IMG/VR virus record: IMGVR_UViG_3300037313_000280
Location: 1-41,597 of that record
Direction: 5' to 3' (one strand)
DNA: 41,597 bases
From: a virus
Lineage: Duplodnaviria > Caudoviricetes
The notes beneath the pieces were generated by a model. The model did not search any database, was not told the origin of the DNA, and saw only the letters and a list, made by a program, of their open reading frames with translations. The stretch's first letter is position 1; every line of letters starts with the position of its first letter. Shown here piece by piece: positions 9,762-19,470 of the stretch. Position numbers and translations under genes: made by a program.

Positions 9762-9875
9762 GGCTGCCATCGCTACGCCGACATAGCCAAGGAACGCGGC
9801 GCCAGATTCAGTCGATAGGGCGACAAGGAACCAGCCGCACAAGTCGCTGAACAGCCCGATGAGAATCCATGTCAC
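9687..9875 (-). CDS. putative 62-aa two-TM membrane protein, antisense to the tail operon
   Basis: GTG start; MTWILIGLFSDLCGWFLVALSTESGAAFLGYVGVAMAALGGIPILVGTIALGVELGITRARR; occupies the chaperone-TMP gap. Confidence 0.6.
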   Translation of the reverse strand: MTWILIGLFSDLCGWFLVALSTESGAAFLGYVGVAMAALGGIPILVGTIALGVELGITRARR

Positions 9876-9989
9876 CGGTGATCCGTCGCCATGGCTGGAT
9901 CTCACTTGGCTCTGCTCGCTCACGGGTCGCGACGCTACGCGTATCGGCGTCCACTCGTCATCCCTTTGCAGTACCAAGGAGGTAGGGCC

Positions 9990-12900
9990 GTGGGCGTTCG
10001 CCGCGAATCCGTCGTCCTGTCGCTCGAGGACAACGGTTTCACCTCGAAGATGGCGAAGGACGCCGCGGTCACCGCCATCCTGGTCCGCGAGCTGGACCGG
10101 CTGGACGGGACCAGCGTCAAGGCGAACCGTTCGACCACCGCTCTCGGCGGACCCGGCGGCGGCATCGACAAGACAGGGTCGCAGGCGCGTAAGGCTTCTG
10201 GTGATCTGAACCAGTACACCGGCCGACTGTCTCTGCTCGCCACCGCTGCCACTACGCTCGGCCCGGCGCTGCTGCCCATCGGCGCGGTTGCGGTCCCGGC
10301 CGTGACCGCTCTCGCTGGTGGCCTTGGGGCGACCGTTGGGGCGGTCGGCACCGCAGTCTTGGCCTTCCACGGGCTTGGTGATGCGCTAAAGGCCGTCGAC
10401 GCTTACCAGCTTGAACCGACCGCGGCGAACCTCGAAAAGGTGCGCAAGACGCTCGGGCAGCTCTCGCCGGCGGCCCAGGACTTCGTGATGCGCCTCGACC
10501 AGCTCGAGCCGTCTCTCAACCGACTCCGCACGATCGCCCAAGAGGGCCTCCTGCCGGGCGTGGGCGAGGGCCTCGATGAGGTGATGACGCTGCTGCCCGA
10601 CGTCGAAACCGTCATCGACCGGATCTCTCACGAGCTGGGCCACCTTGCCTCCGATGCTGGCGCCTCCCTCGCCAGCGACGGAGACTGGCAGGCCTTCTTC
10701 GAGTACGTCAAGGAGGATGCCGCCCCGATCCTCGACGACTTCGCCCGGGCGACCGGGAACGTGGCCGCAGGACTGGGCTCCATCCTGGTGGCCTTCCGGC
10801 CGTTGTCCAAGGACTTCTCCGATGGCCTGCTCGACATGTCCCGGAGTTTCCGAGAGTGGGCGGCTGGTCTGTCGGAGTCGGACGGGTTCCGCGAGTTCGT
10901 GGACTACATCCGCGAGAATGGCCCGGCCGTCGGCGAGTTCTTCATCGCCACTGCCGAAGCGCTCGGCGGACTGGTCCAGGCGGCTGCCCCATGGGGCGCA
11001 GCCGTGTTGCCGATCCTAACCGAGGCAGCGAAGGTGTTCGGCGCCATTGCCAGCTCCCCAGTTGGCCCGGTCATTTACGACGCGGCTGCGGCGATGCTGC
11101 TGTTCAACCGGTCCTCTGCCCTCCTTGCGACCACCCTCCCGAAGCTGCGCGCCGGAATGGCCGGATTCTCTGCCTCGCTGGGCACGATCGCGGGTGTCGG
11201 CGGGCTAGTAGCGCTAACCGACAGCGGTAAGCGCGCCGGTAGCGCCCTAGGAGCACTGGAGAGTGCGGCCGGCGGCGCCGCCCTCGGCTTCTCCGTCGGC
11301 GGGCCGTTCGGTGCAGCGATCGGCGGTACTGCGGGCGCCCTGCTGGACATGAAGCAGGCGGCCGACGACGCCACAGGGGCGATCGAGCGGCTCGATGACG
11401 CCACCTTCTCTCACGACCGCGAGCAGCTTGTCGACGCCATCAGCGCGGCGAACGACAAGCTGAACAACCTCAACTGGGTCGACCACATGATCGGCGCCGA
11501 CGACGCCCTCCGCGCCTCACTCAAGAGCGCCCAGGACGAACTCGCCGCTCTTGACGCTGCCGGCGGCCACACCGGCGATGTTGCAGACCTCCTCGGCGAG
11601 ACGATCAACCTGACCGGCCAGAAGTTCAAGATCGCGGCCGGCGACGTGGGCGCCCTCAGTGGCGCACTCGGCGACCTCAACGGATGGCTCGACAAACGCG
11701 ACGCGCTTCGCAACTACCAGGCCGCCATCGATGGCTTCACTGCGTCATTGAAGACCAACGGAAACACCTTCGACATTGCCACCGAGAAGGGCCGCGCCAA
11801 CCAGCAGGCACTCGATCAGATCGCCACCTCGGTGGCGCAGGTCGCAAACCAGATCAAGAATCCCGCGGCTCGTCAGAACTTCGTCAAGTCCGCGATCTCC
11901 GATCTTCGCTCGATGGCGAATGACGCATCGCCTCAGGCAGCCGCTGCCATCCGAGGCGTAATCCGCAAACTGAAGGATCTAGACGCGACCCCCGCCAAGC
12001 CGAAGGTCACAGTCGACACCAAGCAGGCACAGACTGGCATCAACGACATCATGTCGCTGATGGGCCGCGTGAACGGCATGCATGCGAGCACCAGCGTCAC
12101 CCTCAAGACGATCTACACCTCGGTCGGGAAGCCGACCAGCAAGACGGACCCCACGCTTGGCGGACTCGTTCCCGGCCATGCAACCGGCGGCTGGACCGGC
12201 CCTGGCAACAAGTATGACCCCGCCGGCGTCGTCCACCGCGACGAGGTCGTGATCCCGAAGGAACTCGTCCACCGTGACGCCCGCTTCCTCAAGCAGCGGT
12301 ACGGCTTCTTGCCGGGCATGGACTCGCTGCCTGGCTACGCGGGCGGCGGTCGAGTGGGTGCCGTGCGGGTCGCCGACTCCTACGGGGTCGACATCGACCG
12401 CGACGACGGCCTCAAGAAGCGGCTGCGTCTGTTCGGGAAGGCGCTCGACGAGGCGAAGAAGGCTCTCGACGCGGAGACCTCGGCGCGTGACTCGCTGGTC
12501 GGCTCGATCACGTCGAACCTGACGGGCGACCCGTTCGGCTCCAGCAGCAGCGGCGCGTTCTCGTCGCAGTTCGCGGCCGGTTCGATCGGCGCCGTCAACG
12601 CGACGCTCAAGCAGCAGATCGCGACAGCGAACGAGCAGGCGCAGCTGCAGAAGATCCTCGCGGCTCGAGGCGTGTCTGGCGCAGCACTGCAGGAGGTCAT
12701 CGAGAAGGGCGGCATCAACGGTCTTCGGTCGTTCGCGAACGCATCCGACGCGGACCTTGCGGCCTACCAGAGCCTGTACGGCCAGCGCGCCGACGCTGTC
12801 CGGGGAGCTGCGAACGGAGCCGCTGAGGCGGTCGGCATGACCGCTGAACTGGTCGGTCTGCGCGGCGACGTCAAGATCCTGACCAACGCCGTGCGCCAGA

Positions 12901-13019
12901 CCAAGCAGCAGGGGGCCCACCAGCACGCCGAGGCACAGCAGGTGCGCAGGAACCAGGGCAGGCAGACGGCGGCGGCGCTGAACCACTCCGCGGGTCGCGC
13001 ACGAAGCAGGAGGCGGTAA
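9990..13019 (+). CDS. tape measure protein
   Basis: ~1009 aa, Ala/Gly-rich; AAGGAGG before GTG 9990; C-terminal ATGGWTGPG.KY.PAGVVHRDEVV and YAGGG motifs. Confidence 0.95.
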   Translation: MGVRRESVVLSLEDNGFTSKMAKDAAVTAILVRELDRLDGTSVKANRSTTALGGPGGGIDKTGSQARKASGDLNQYTGRLSLLATAATTLGPALLPIGAVAVPAVTALAGGLGATVGAVGTAVLAFHGLGDALKAVDAYQLEPTAANLEKVRKTLGQLSPAAQDFVMRLDQLEPSLNRLRTIAQEGLLPGVGEGLDEVMTLLPDVETVIDRISHELGHLASDAGASLASDGDWQAFFEYVKEDAAPILDDFARATGNVAAGLGSILVAFRPLSKDFSDGLLDMSRSFREWAAGLSESDGFREFVDYIRENGPAVGEFFIATAEALGGLVQAAAPWGAAVLPILTEAAKVFGAIASSPVGPVIYDAAAAMLLFNRSSALLATTLPKLRAGMAGFSASLGTIAGVGGLVALTDSGKRAGSALGALESAAGGAALGFSVGGPFGAAIGGTAGALLDMKQAADDATGAIERLDDATFSHDREQLVDAISAANDKLNNLNWVDHMIGADDALRASLKSAQDELAALDAAGGHTGDVADLLGETINLTGQKFKIAAGDVGALSGALGDLNGWLDKRDALRNYQAAIDGFTASLKTNGNTFDIATEKGRANQQALDQIATSVAQVANQIKNPAARQNFVKSAISDLRSMANDASPQAAAAIRGVIRKLKDLDATPAKPKVTVDTKQAQTGINDIMSLMGRVNGMHASTSVTLKTIYTSVGKPTSKTDPTLGGLVPGHATGGWTGPGNKYDPAGVVHRDEVVIPKELVHRDARFLKQRYGFLPGMDSLPGYAGGGRVGAVRVADSYGVDIDRDDGLKKRLRLFGKALDEAKKALDAETSARDSLVGSITSNLTGDPFGSSSSGAFSSQFAAGSIGAVNATLKQQIATANEQAQLQKILAARGVSGAALQEVIEKGGINGLRSFANASDADLAAYQSLYGQRADAVRGAANGAAEAVGMTAELVGLRGDVKILTNAVRQTKQQGAHQHAEAQQVRRNQGRQTAAALNHSAGRARSRRR

Positions 13020-13022
13020 CGC

Positions 13023-15488
13023 ATGCCGATGATCATTGGCGAGACTGGCTCCACGCTCGAGGAGGGCCTGCAGGATCTCGACCTGATCCTGAACTCTCTT
13101 GCGCTGGTCATGGATGATCCTGCCGCGGAGGGCTATCTGTTCGAGGTCTCTGCTGACGGGACGGAGTGGGGCAACCCTGAGGCTGTCATCGCGTCGATCC
13201 AGTCGCAGTTGCAGGATGGCTCGCTGGAGTCGCACGACCGCGACGACAACCGGCAGGCCTCGATCCAGTTGCGGATCTCGGCGCCGGGATCATCGCAGCC
13301 CGGTCGGGCGATCGCGCTGGGACAGAAGGCGCTCGAGCTTGCTTGCCGTTGGCCGTCGGGCCAGGTGCGGGAACTGCGTTGGACGTCTCCGCTGGCGGGT
13401 GCCGAGGTCACGGTCACGGAGATGACTTCGGCGACCGTCGGCAAGGCGTTCGATGACGAGTGGGACTTGGGCGAGGTGCTGCACAAGGAGCGCCGGTTCA
13501 CGCTGACGATCCACGCGCGTCCTTTCGTGCGCGGCGATGTCCCCGCGACCATCGCCGCGCCGTCAGTGATCGGTTCGACGACAACGACCGTTGACTCCGG
13601 GTCTTCGACCACTGGCTGGTCGCTGCTGTCGACCGCTCCCGCTGCGACGACCAACCTCATCACCGATCCCAACGTCACCGGCCTCAACGGCTGGGCTGCT
13701 GGTGGTGGAACCACGTCTCTGACCTACGACGGCGGCCTGCTTGCAACGGCAACCCAGGGCACCAGCGACGTCGGCTACGTGAACAGCATCCCTTACACCG
13801 TAGCCGCAGGGCGCGCCTATCAGTTCGGCGTGAACGCCACTGCGATTGATAGCTGGGGCACGACCCCGTTCGGCATGTCCTTTGGCATCATGCTCCGCTG
13901 GTACTCCGACACGGCGGCATCCGTGCAGATCGGCACCGACGTCAACTACAGCGCCCTTGCATCGGCCACCGAAGGCTCCTCGGTCGACGTGGCGACGCCG
14001 GTCATTCTCGCTCCCGCTGGCGCACTCCGAGTCCGCCTGTTCCCCTACACGCCGCGATCTCCATACCGCGCAGTTCGGTGGCGCATCAATACTCGATGGA
14101 TCAACGAGTGCGCGACGTCGGTTGACCTTCGCAAGGGTTACTTCGACGGTGGCACCACGGACACCCCCGTCATCACCTACGCGTGGACCGGAACCGCCAA
14201 CGCGTCGACTTCGACCGCAATCTGGAGCGCCCCTACCTTGACGGTGGTCTCGGGAGCGGTTCAGGCCAGCGTCTATGGGCGTTCCGCTGCCGTGTACCGA
14301 CGCAACAACACGGGAATCACCCCTGCGGCTATGGCTTCCTTGCCGTACATGCGGGTCCGGGGAACTGCGTCTGCATACTCGGACGGGCAGGTGACCGTCG
14401 CGGATAACGGTGGCGCAACGATCACGCCCGACTCCTACACATACAACCAGGCGACTGGCGCATACGAGATCTTGCTCAAGCGTGCCGCCGGGTTCGCCAA
14501 CCTCGACGTCTCCTTCGCCCGTACCAGCGGGACCGTGTCGACGACCGCGGGCCTCTTCGTCAACGTTGACCAGATCGACATCACCGATAACCCGTTCGCC
14601 AACGGCAAGGTGCAGTCGCGCCAGGTGCAGATCTACGGGTCCCAGCGCGCAGAACTTTCGCTCTCGGTGCTCGGCTTGGACTCTGTCGGCACCACCCCGG
14701 TAGCGCTCGGCGAGCAGGTCTTGGTCTACACCGCATCGGCGGCCGATGACCCGCGGGTCAAGTTCGCTGCGGTTCGCGCACTCTCGTCGGCAGTAGGAAG
14801 CCCCACCACGGACACCACAGCAACGTCCGGTTTCTACAACGGCTCGAGCACGATCGCCTCGGGCACCTACCCGAAGTTCACGATGCCGGTGACGAGCCTG
14901 CTGCCTGGCACCTATGACGTGTACGCGTCGATCCAAGCGACCACTGCGGGTACACACACGGTCTCACTTCGAGCCGACCAGGACGCCGGCCTCGATGCGG
15001 TGCAGACTGGCGCTTGGCAGAGCGTCGACATCGCCACGGGGTCGGCGTGGCCTCAGATCCCGACCTCGACTTGGCGCCTGGTTCCCATCGGGACGGTAAC
15101 GGTGGGGCAGAATGCGGTGGGCACCATCTCGCTCTCGCTCGCCTCCTCCACTGGGTCTCAGATCCGAGTGGACGACCTGTTCATGTTCCACCGCTCGGCC
15201 GGTCAGCTCTCACTGCTGGACACGAAGACGGCGACGGCATCCTTCTCTGCGGTCCGCCTCGATGCTGCAACGGTGACCAGCCCGAAGCCGGCTGCATGGG
15301 TCGGCATCGCGAACGGCACGATGATGGACGCCGCTCTCGCCGGCCGGTGTCAGGCTTTCGACCAGCACAAGGCCGAGCCGGGCCTGCTGCAGATCGTCAC
15401 CATCACTCCGGCTTGTGCGACCAGCCGCGTGTCGGCGACGTACTACGAGCGGTTCGCGCACGACGCGGCGACGGTGACCGCCGCATGA
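13023..15488 (+). CDS. minor tail (distal tail-like) protein with inserted carbohydrate-binding-like domains
   Basis: Follows the TMP; TNLITDP...GW and GYFDGGT...Y.WTGTANASTS motifs; beta-rich. Confidence 0.8.
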   Translation: MPMIIGETGSTLEEGLQDLDLILNSLALVMDDPAAEGYLFEVSADGTEWGNPEAVIASIQSQLQDGSLESHDRDDNRQASIQLRISAPGSSQPGRAIALGQKALELACRWPSGQVRELRWTSPLAGAEVTVTEMTSATVGKAFDDEWDLGEVLHKERRFTLTIHARPFVRGDVPATIAAPSVIGSTTTTVDSGSSTTGWSLLSTAPAATTNLITDPNVTGLNGWAAGGGTTSLTYDGGLLATATQGTSDVGYVNSIPYTVAAGRAYQFGVNATAIDSWGTTPFGMSFGIMLRWYSDTAASVQIGTDVNYSALASATEGSSVDVATPVILAPAGALRVRLFPYTPRSPYRAVRWRINTRWINECATSVDLRKGYFDGGTTDTPVITYAWTGTANASTSTAIWSAPTLTVVSGAVQASVYGRSAAVYRRNNTGITPAAMASLPYMRVRGTASAYSDGQVTVADNGGATITPDSYTYNQATGAYEILLKRAAGFANLDVSFARTSGTVSTTAGLFVNVDQIDITDNPFANGKVQSRQVQIYGSQRAELSLSVLGLDSVGTTPVALGEQVLVYTASAADDPRVKFAAVRALSSAVGSPTTDTTATSGFYNGSSTIASGTYPKFTMPVTSLLPGTYDVYASIQATTAGTHTVSLRADQDAGLDAVQTGAWQSVDIATGSAWPQIPTSTWRLVPIGTVTVGQNAVGTISLSLASSTGSQIRVDDLFMFHRSAGQLSLLDTKTATASFSAVRLDAATVTSPKPAAWVGIANGTMMDAALAGRCQAFDQHKAEPGLLQIVTITPACATSRVSATYYERFAHDAATVTAA

Positions 15489-16534
15489 CGCCATGGATCA
15501 GGATCGGCGGCCCTCAGGGAGTGCCGGCGTCCGCTCTCGGTCCAGTCGGCGACGACATCGAGGTCACGCACGAGTGGCCCGACGGTGGGACGTCGCTGTC
15601 GTTCACCCTGCTCCTCCCGACGTCAGACCGCCCGGCGCAGATCAGCAAGAAGGCGGCTGTCGACCTGATGATCGGTGCTCGTCCGGTGTGGCCGGGCTAC
15701 CTGTCCGAGGTCGACTGGGATAGCGGCCGGATCACCGCGCGGGGCAGTGCGACCGAGGGCGACTCGACGCCGACTCTGGACAACAGCGGCCTGACCACGA
15801 GCATCCCTGACTCCGCCGTCGACAGCGCCATCACGCGGGGCGAGGTCACCTGGCGCCGCGCATCGTCGATCTCCTCGACCGCTTATGGAGCGTCCGGGGA
15901 GACGGTGAGCCTGAACTCGCTGACCGACCTCCTGACGGCTTGGCAGACCGAGGCGAAGAAGCGAACCTATGTCGACCCCTCACGGGCGCTCAGGGTCGCA
16001 GATGACCCAACCGTGCCGTCGTACCACCTGCTGCCCGGCTCAGGGGAACTCTCTTGGGCGAGTGAAGCGCAGGCAGATCGGCTCATTGGCCGATACCAGT
16101 CGTCGGCTGCGGGAGCGCTCTCGAATGTCACTGTCACCGCTCCCGGTGCCAAGGTGCCTTACACGGTGCGGATGATCGACATGACGCCCCGAGGGCTGCT
16201 CGACTCCACGCGAGCAACCAACATCCTGCAGGGCATCTTGGCCGACGTGGCCGCTGGTGGATGGACGGGCGGAATCACGATCACGCGACATGATTTCGCA
16301 GGCGCCCCGGACCTGTCCGAGGTTGCTGAGTCGGTCGGCCGAGGGCTGATGGTTCACAAGCTCGGCCAACGCGACCCGCGACCCGGACGCGTTCCGGTCG
16401 GATACATCGACTTCATCGTGGGCCAGTCCGTCTGGCGTCCGGTCGAGGACACGATCACCCTGACGCCGATCGGCTCCGTGGCGCGCGACTGGTCGGCTGT
16501 GCTCGAGGAGAACGAAGTTCAGGAGGCGGCATGA
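15485..16534 (+). CDS. minor tail / baseplate hub protein
   Basis: ATGA overlap; WPDGG..LSF, VW.GYL motifs; synteny. Confidence 0.8.
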   Translation: MTPWIRIGGPQGVPASALGPVGDDIEVTHEWPDGGTSLSFTLLLPTSDRPAQISKKAAVDLMIGARPVWPGYLSEVDWDSGRITARGSATEGDSTPTLDNSGLTTSIPDSAVDSAITRGEVTWRRASSISSTAYGASGETVSLNSLTDLLTAWQTEAKKRTYVDPSRALRVADDPTVPSYHLLPGSGELSWASEAQADRLIGRYQSSAAGALSNVTVTAPGAKVPYTVRMIDMTPRGLLDSTRATNILQGILADVAAGGWTGGITITRHDFAGAPDLSEVAESVGRGLMVHKLGQRDPRPGRVPVGYIDFIVGQSVWRPVEDTITLTPIGSVARDWSAVLEENEVQEAA

Positions 16535-16809
16535 CCTGGGACGGCCGACCGTCGAACACACGGCAACCCGGAGAAGCGGTCGGCGTCCCATCTGCTGCCA
16601 ACCTGGCTATCACCTTCCCGCGCCAGTTCGCCTCCCCGCCGTCCGTGTGGGTCGCTCCCGGCGACAACGCCAGCGACCTGCGCAACGTGGTCTTGATTAG
16701 AGCCACTGTCACGACATCGGGATTCACCGTGCAGTGCTGGAACTCGACAGGCGGAGCCATTAGCGGCCTGCCCGTGCGCATCTGTTATATCGCCGAGGTC
16801 ATCTCATGA
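16531..16809 (+). CDS. small tail-tip protein (H-type lectin / gp53-like fold)
   Basis: ITFPRQFASPPSV...VTTSGFTV...YIA pattern. Confidence 0.7.
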   Translation: MTWDGRPSNTRQPGEAVGVPSAANLAITFPRQFASPPSVWVAPGDNASDLRNVVLIRATVTTSGFTVQCWNSTGGAISGLPVRICYIAEVIS

Positions 16810-16964
16810 GCGTCGTGACTTGCCGCAACGAGGACTGTCCGTCGGTCAACCAGCCACGCGAGATGGTGCTGTCGTGGACCGACCACAACGGCACGCACGA
16901 GGTCACGTCGGTGGTCTGTGGCGCGTGTCAAGTGCCGATCACTGATCTCGCCGAGACGGCCTGA
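16806..16964 (+). CDS. 52-aa Cys-rich protein (not in the ORF track)
   Basis: ATGA overlap; VTCRNEDCP...VVCGACQVPITD. Confidence 0.7.
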   Translation: MSVVTCRNEDCPSVNQPREMVLSWTDHNGTHEVTSVVCGACQVPITDLAETA

Positions 16965-17122
16965 GCAAACAAAGGGTGCGGCCCCCTGCCCGTGCAGGGA
17001 CGCAGGACAGGGGACCTCGTGAACGCGACTGCTCCAACAGCCGCGCGCACGTAACGCAGGAGTCAACGACATGGAGCGGTGATACGACACCCCCTGTCTC
17101 AGATCGCGAAGGGGACGCCGCG

Positions 17123-17401
17123 ATGCCGGAAATTCCGCCCGACCTATTGGATGGCCTCAAGATCGGCGCCGTCCTCGCGATCTTCGGCTGGATGTTGGCG
17201 ACGTCGAGGCTCTACACCAGGAGCCAGCACAACGAGCTGATGGCTGCGCTTCGGCGTGAGAACGAGTCGATCAGCGCCGACCGGGACGTGTGGCGCGACA
17301 ACTTCCTTGACCAGAAGGGGCTGATGTCTCAGCTCCTCATTGGCCAGGAGACCACCAACAGGCTGCTTCGGGCGATCCCCAAGGTGGAGGACGACGCGTG
17401 A
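17123..17401 (+). CDS. single-TM plus coiled-coil membrane protein (lysis cassette)
   Basis: IGAVLAIFGWML hydrophobic segment then coiled coil; AAGGGG RBS. Confidence 0.75.
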   Translation: MPEIPPDLLDGLKIGAVLAIFGWMLATSRLYTRSQHNELMAALRRENESISADRDVWRDNFLDQKGLMSQLLIGQETTNRLLRAIPKVEDDA

Positions 17402-17598
17402 AGTGGTTTCGACGGGGCGGGAACGAGCCCCCCGATGACGAGCGACCGCAGCCGTCTGATGAGGCGCTGCGTGAGGCCGAGGAGTTGAAGCGGCTCCGTC
17501 CCCGTGTCGAGCGGGCGGCACGCGAGCGTGACCGGCTCCTGCGCGAGAACAACTACGCCGCGCGCATCCGCGCCATCTACGAAGGGCGGACAGGGTGA
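17398..17598 (+). CDS. small lysis-cassette protein
   Basis: GTGA overlaps at both ends; RENNYAARI motif. Confidence 0.7.
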   Translation: MKWFRRGGNEPPDDERPQPSDEALREAEELKRLRPRVERAARERDRLLRENNYAARIRAIYEGRTG

Positions 17599-17891
17599 CC
17601 TCGGATCAGATCTTCGGCGCGCTCGTGCTGATCGCCCTGCCTGCTGCTGTTGCGTACCCGTTGATCTATGGCACGCAGGTGCGGTGGTGGCATGACTGGA
17701 TCGGTCGGGCGCTGCTCATCAAGGCGTGTGGCGTGGCTGACCTGCTGCTGGTCTGGGCGGCCTATCAGGTGTTCGGGCCCGACTACTGGGCCCGCGACAC
17801 TCTGCGCATCACCGGCATCGCGCTCGTGGCGATCGGTGTCTGGCTGGCCCTGATCGCCATGATTCGCGCCGTCTTCCAGCGCCGCGTGTAG
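17595..17891 (+). CDS. putative holin (3 TM)
   Basis: Three hydrophobic segments; WW.DWIGRAL motif. Confidence 0.75.
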   Translation: MTSDQIFGALVLIALPAAVAYPLIYGTQVRWWHDWIGRALLIKACGVADLLLVWAAYQVFGPDYWARDTLRITGIALVAIGVWLALIAMIRAVFQRRV

Positions 17892-17897
17892 CCCGCC

Positions 17898-18038
17898 ATG
17901 GACGCCCGGCCCGACGACCACAACGCGCCGGGCCTCTCGCGCGATCTGCCGTGCTCGGTCTGCGGGCACGACCACGGGGCGCTTCCGTGCGACTGGTGCC
18001 CGTGCGGCATCGCATTGCGCAACGGCATCGACTTCTAA
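17898..18038 (+). CDS. 46-aa Cys/His-rich protein (not in the ORF track)
   Basis: MDARPDDHNAPGLSRDLPCSVCGHDHGALPCDWCPCG...; fills the holin-endolysin gap. Confidence 0.6.
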   Translation: MDARPDDHNAPGLSRDLPCSVCGHDHGALPCDWCPCGIALRNGIDF

Positions 18039-18063
18039 GCAACAAGTCAACAGAGGAGCCGTC

Positions 18064-18624
18064 ATGGCGAATTTTGCTGCGCCCGCCCCGCCGATGATCG
18101 TCGCCCGGTGGCATGGCGGAAGTCAGACCCCGCGCCTAATCGTGCTGCACTCCACGGTCAGCCCATGCAGGAACGGCGCCGCCCGCGAGGTCGCCCGGTT
18201 CTTCAGCAACCGCCCCGAGACCGGCAAGACCTCGGCGCACTACGTCGTGGACCCCGGCGAGGTGATCCAGTGCGTGCCCGATCACACGGTCGCCTACCAC
18301 TGCGGCTACAACCAGGACTCCCTCGGCATTGAGCTCTGCGACATGCCGGACGCCAAGAGCAAGAGGCGCTGGGACGACAAGAACCACCGGGCGATGGAGG
18401 TGCGTGCCGCTCGGCTCGTCGCTGAACTCTGCCTGGCCTACAACATCCGTCCTTGGTTCGTGCCGGCGTTCGCGCTGAAGATGGGCGTCAAGGGCGTCAC
18501 GACCCACGCGGAGATGTCGAAGGCGTTCAAGAGGTCGACGCACTGGGACCCGGGCGCCTGGCGCCAGGTGCGATTCATGCGCCGCGTGCGTGCGGAGATC
18601 GCTGCCATCAAGAGGGCGAAGTGA
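18064..18624 (+). CDS. endolysin, N-acetylmuramoyl-L-alanine amidase (Amidase_2)
   Basis: IVLHST, SAHYVVD, AYHCG.N..SLGIE, TTH and HWDPG zinc-amidase motifs. Confidence 0.95.
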   Translation: MANFAAPAPPMIVARWHGGSQTPRLIVLHSTVSPCRNGAAREVARFFSNRPETGKTSAHYVVDPGEVIQCVPDHTVAYHCGYNQDSLGIELCDMPDAKSKRRWDDKNHRAMEVRAARLVAELCLAYNIRPWFVPAFALKMGVKGVTTHAEMSKAFKRSTHWDPGAWRQVRFMRRVRAEIAAIKRAK

Positions 18625-19220
18625 CCAAGCGCGCCCCGGGCCGCTGGTTCGCCCACTTCGACGACCGGATAACCACGGCGGGCGGCATCCTCGGCGACTC
18701 CCGCGCGGGCAGCGAATTGGCCCACCGTCGTGGCTACAAGTGGGTCGACAACAACCTGCACCTGACCGCCGACCTGCGCTGGGTCAACGCTCACGGTGCG
18801 CCGTACAACCCGGCCGGACTCCCCAAGGGCGACAAGTTCGAGGACCATCCCGCCGCTTGGCTGCACAAGCGCATCCCCGGGCTGCGGTCGGCGCGGCAGA
18901 TGTTCAAGCAGAACGCCGCGCTCGGACTGAACACTGAGGCTGAGATCAAAGATCTGCACCCGCTCGCCACGCACGCCAACCTCGTTGTCGCGTTCGCCCG
19001 TCTCGCCAAGGCTGCCGAACTCGCCTACGGACCCGACTGGCGCAAGCACGTCCAGATCAAGGTGCTCACCAACCTGCGCGGCGGACTGCCCTACGCGATG
19101 AAGATCCTCGAGCACGCCCACGCGGCCGGTTTCGCCACGATCATCCTTCCGCGCGGCAAGGACCGACTCCGGCGACTGAACGGCGAGGCGATCAGCTTCA
19201 ACCGCGGCGGGCTCTACTGA
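18621..19220 (+). CDS. glycerophosphodiester phosphodiesterase (GDPD)-like protein
   Basis: FAH...DS..G...A...GY.WVDNNLHLTAD...VNAHG...EAEIK parallels the GDPD pattern AHRG..ENT..G.D..E.D...T.D..V..HD..EIK. Confidence 0.6.
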   Translation: MTKRAPGRWFAHFDDRITTAGGILGDSRAGSELAHRRGYKWVDNNLHLTADLRWVNAHGAPYNPAGLPKGDKFEDHPAAWLHKRIPGLRSARQMFKQNAALGLNTEAEIKDLHPLATHANLVVAFARLAKAAELAYGPDWRKHVQIKVLTNLRGGLPYAMKILEHAHAAGFATIILPRGKDRLRRLNGEAISFNRGGLY

Positions 19221-19462
19221 TGCCTGCGCTGATCTTGCTGTTGGCCGCCCCAGTCCTCAACTACGTGCAGCACAAGTTGGGCCGGCCCACCATCTGCTCG
19301 ACATGCCGCCGCTTCATCGGCCCGCACCTCATGACCGCCCTCGTACTCGGGATCGTCGGCTGGTTCATCCCCCACTACACGCGACCGTTCGCTCGAGCCC
19401 TCGCCGCCGCTGCGGACGTTCTCGACGACTTGCACGACGTCAGTTTCGAAACCGAGGAGTGA
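19220..19462 (+). CDS. small membrane protein
   Basis: TGATG overlap; TICSTCR followed by a hydrophobic segment. Confidence 0.7.
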   Translation: MPALILLLAAPVLNYVQHKLGRPTICSTCRRFIGPHLMTALVLGIVGWFIPHYTRPFARALAAAADVLDDLHDVSFETEE

Positions 19463-19470
19463 CCATTCAA

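Noticed and set aside
9891-9989. Tape measure start at 9891
   Set aside because: A strong AAGGAGG precedes GTG 9990, and the extension looks non-coding.
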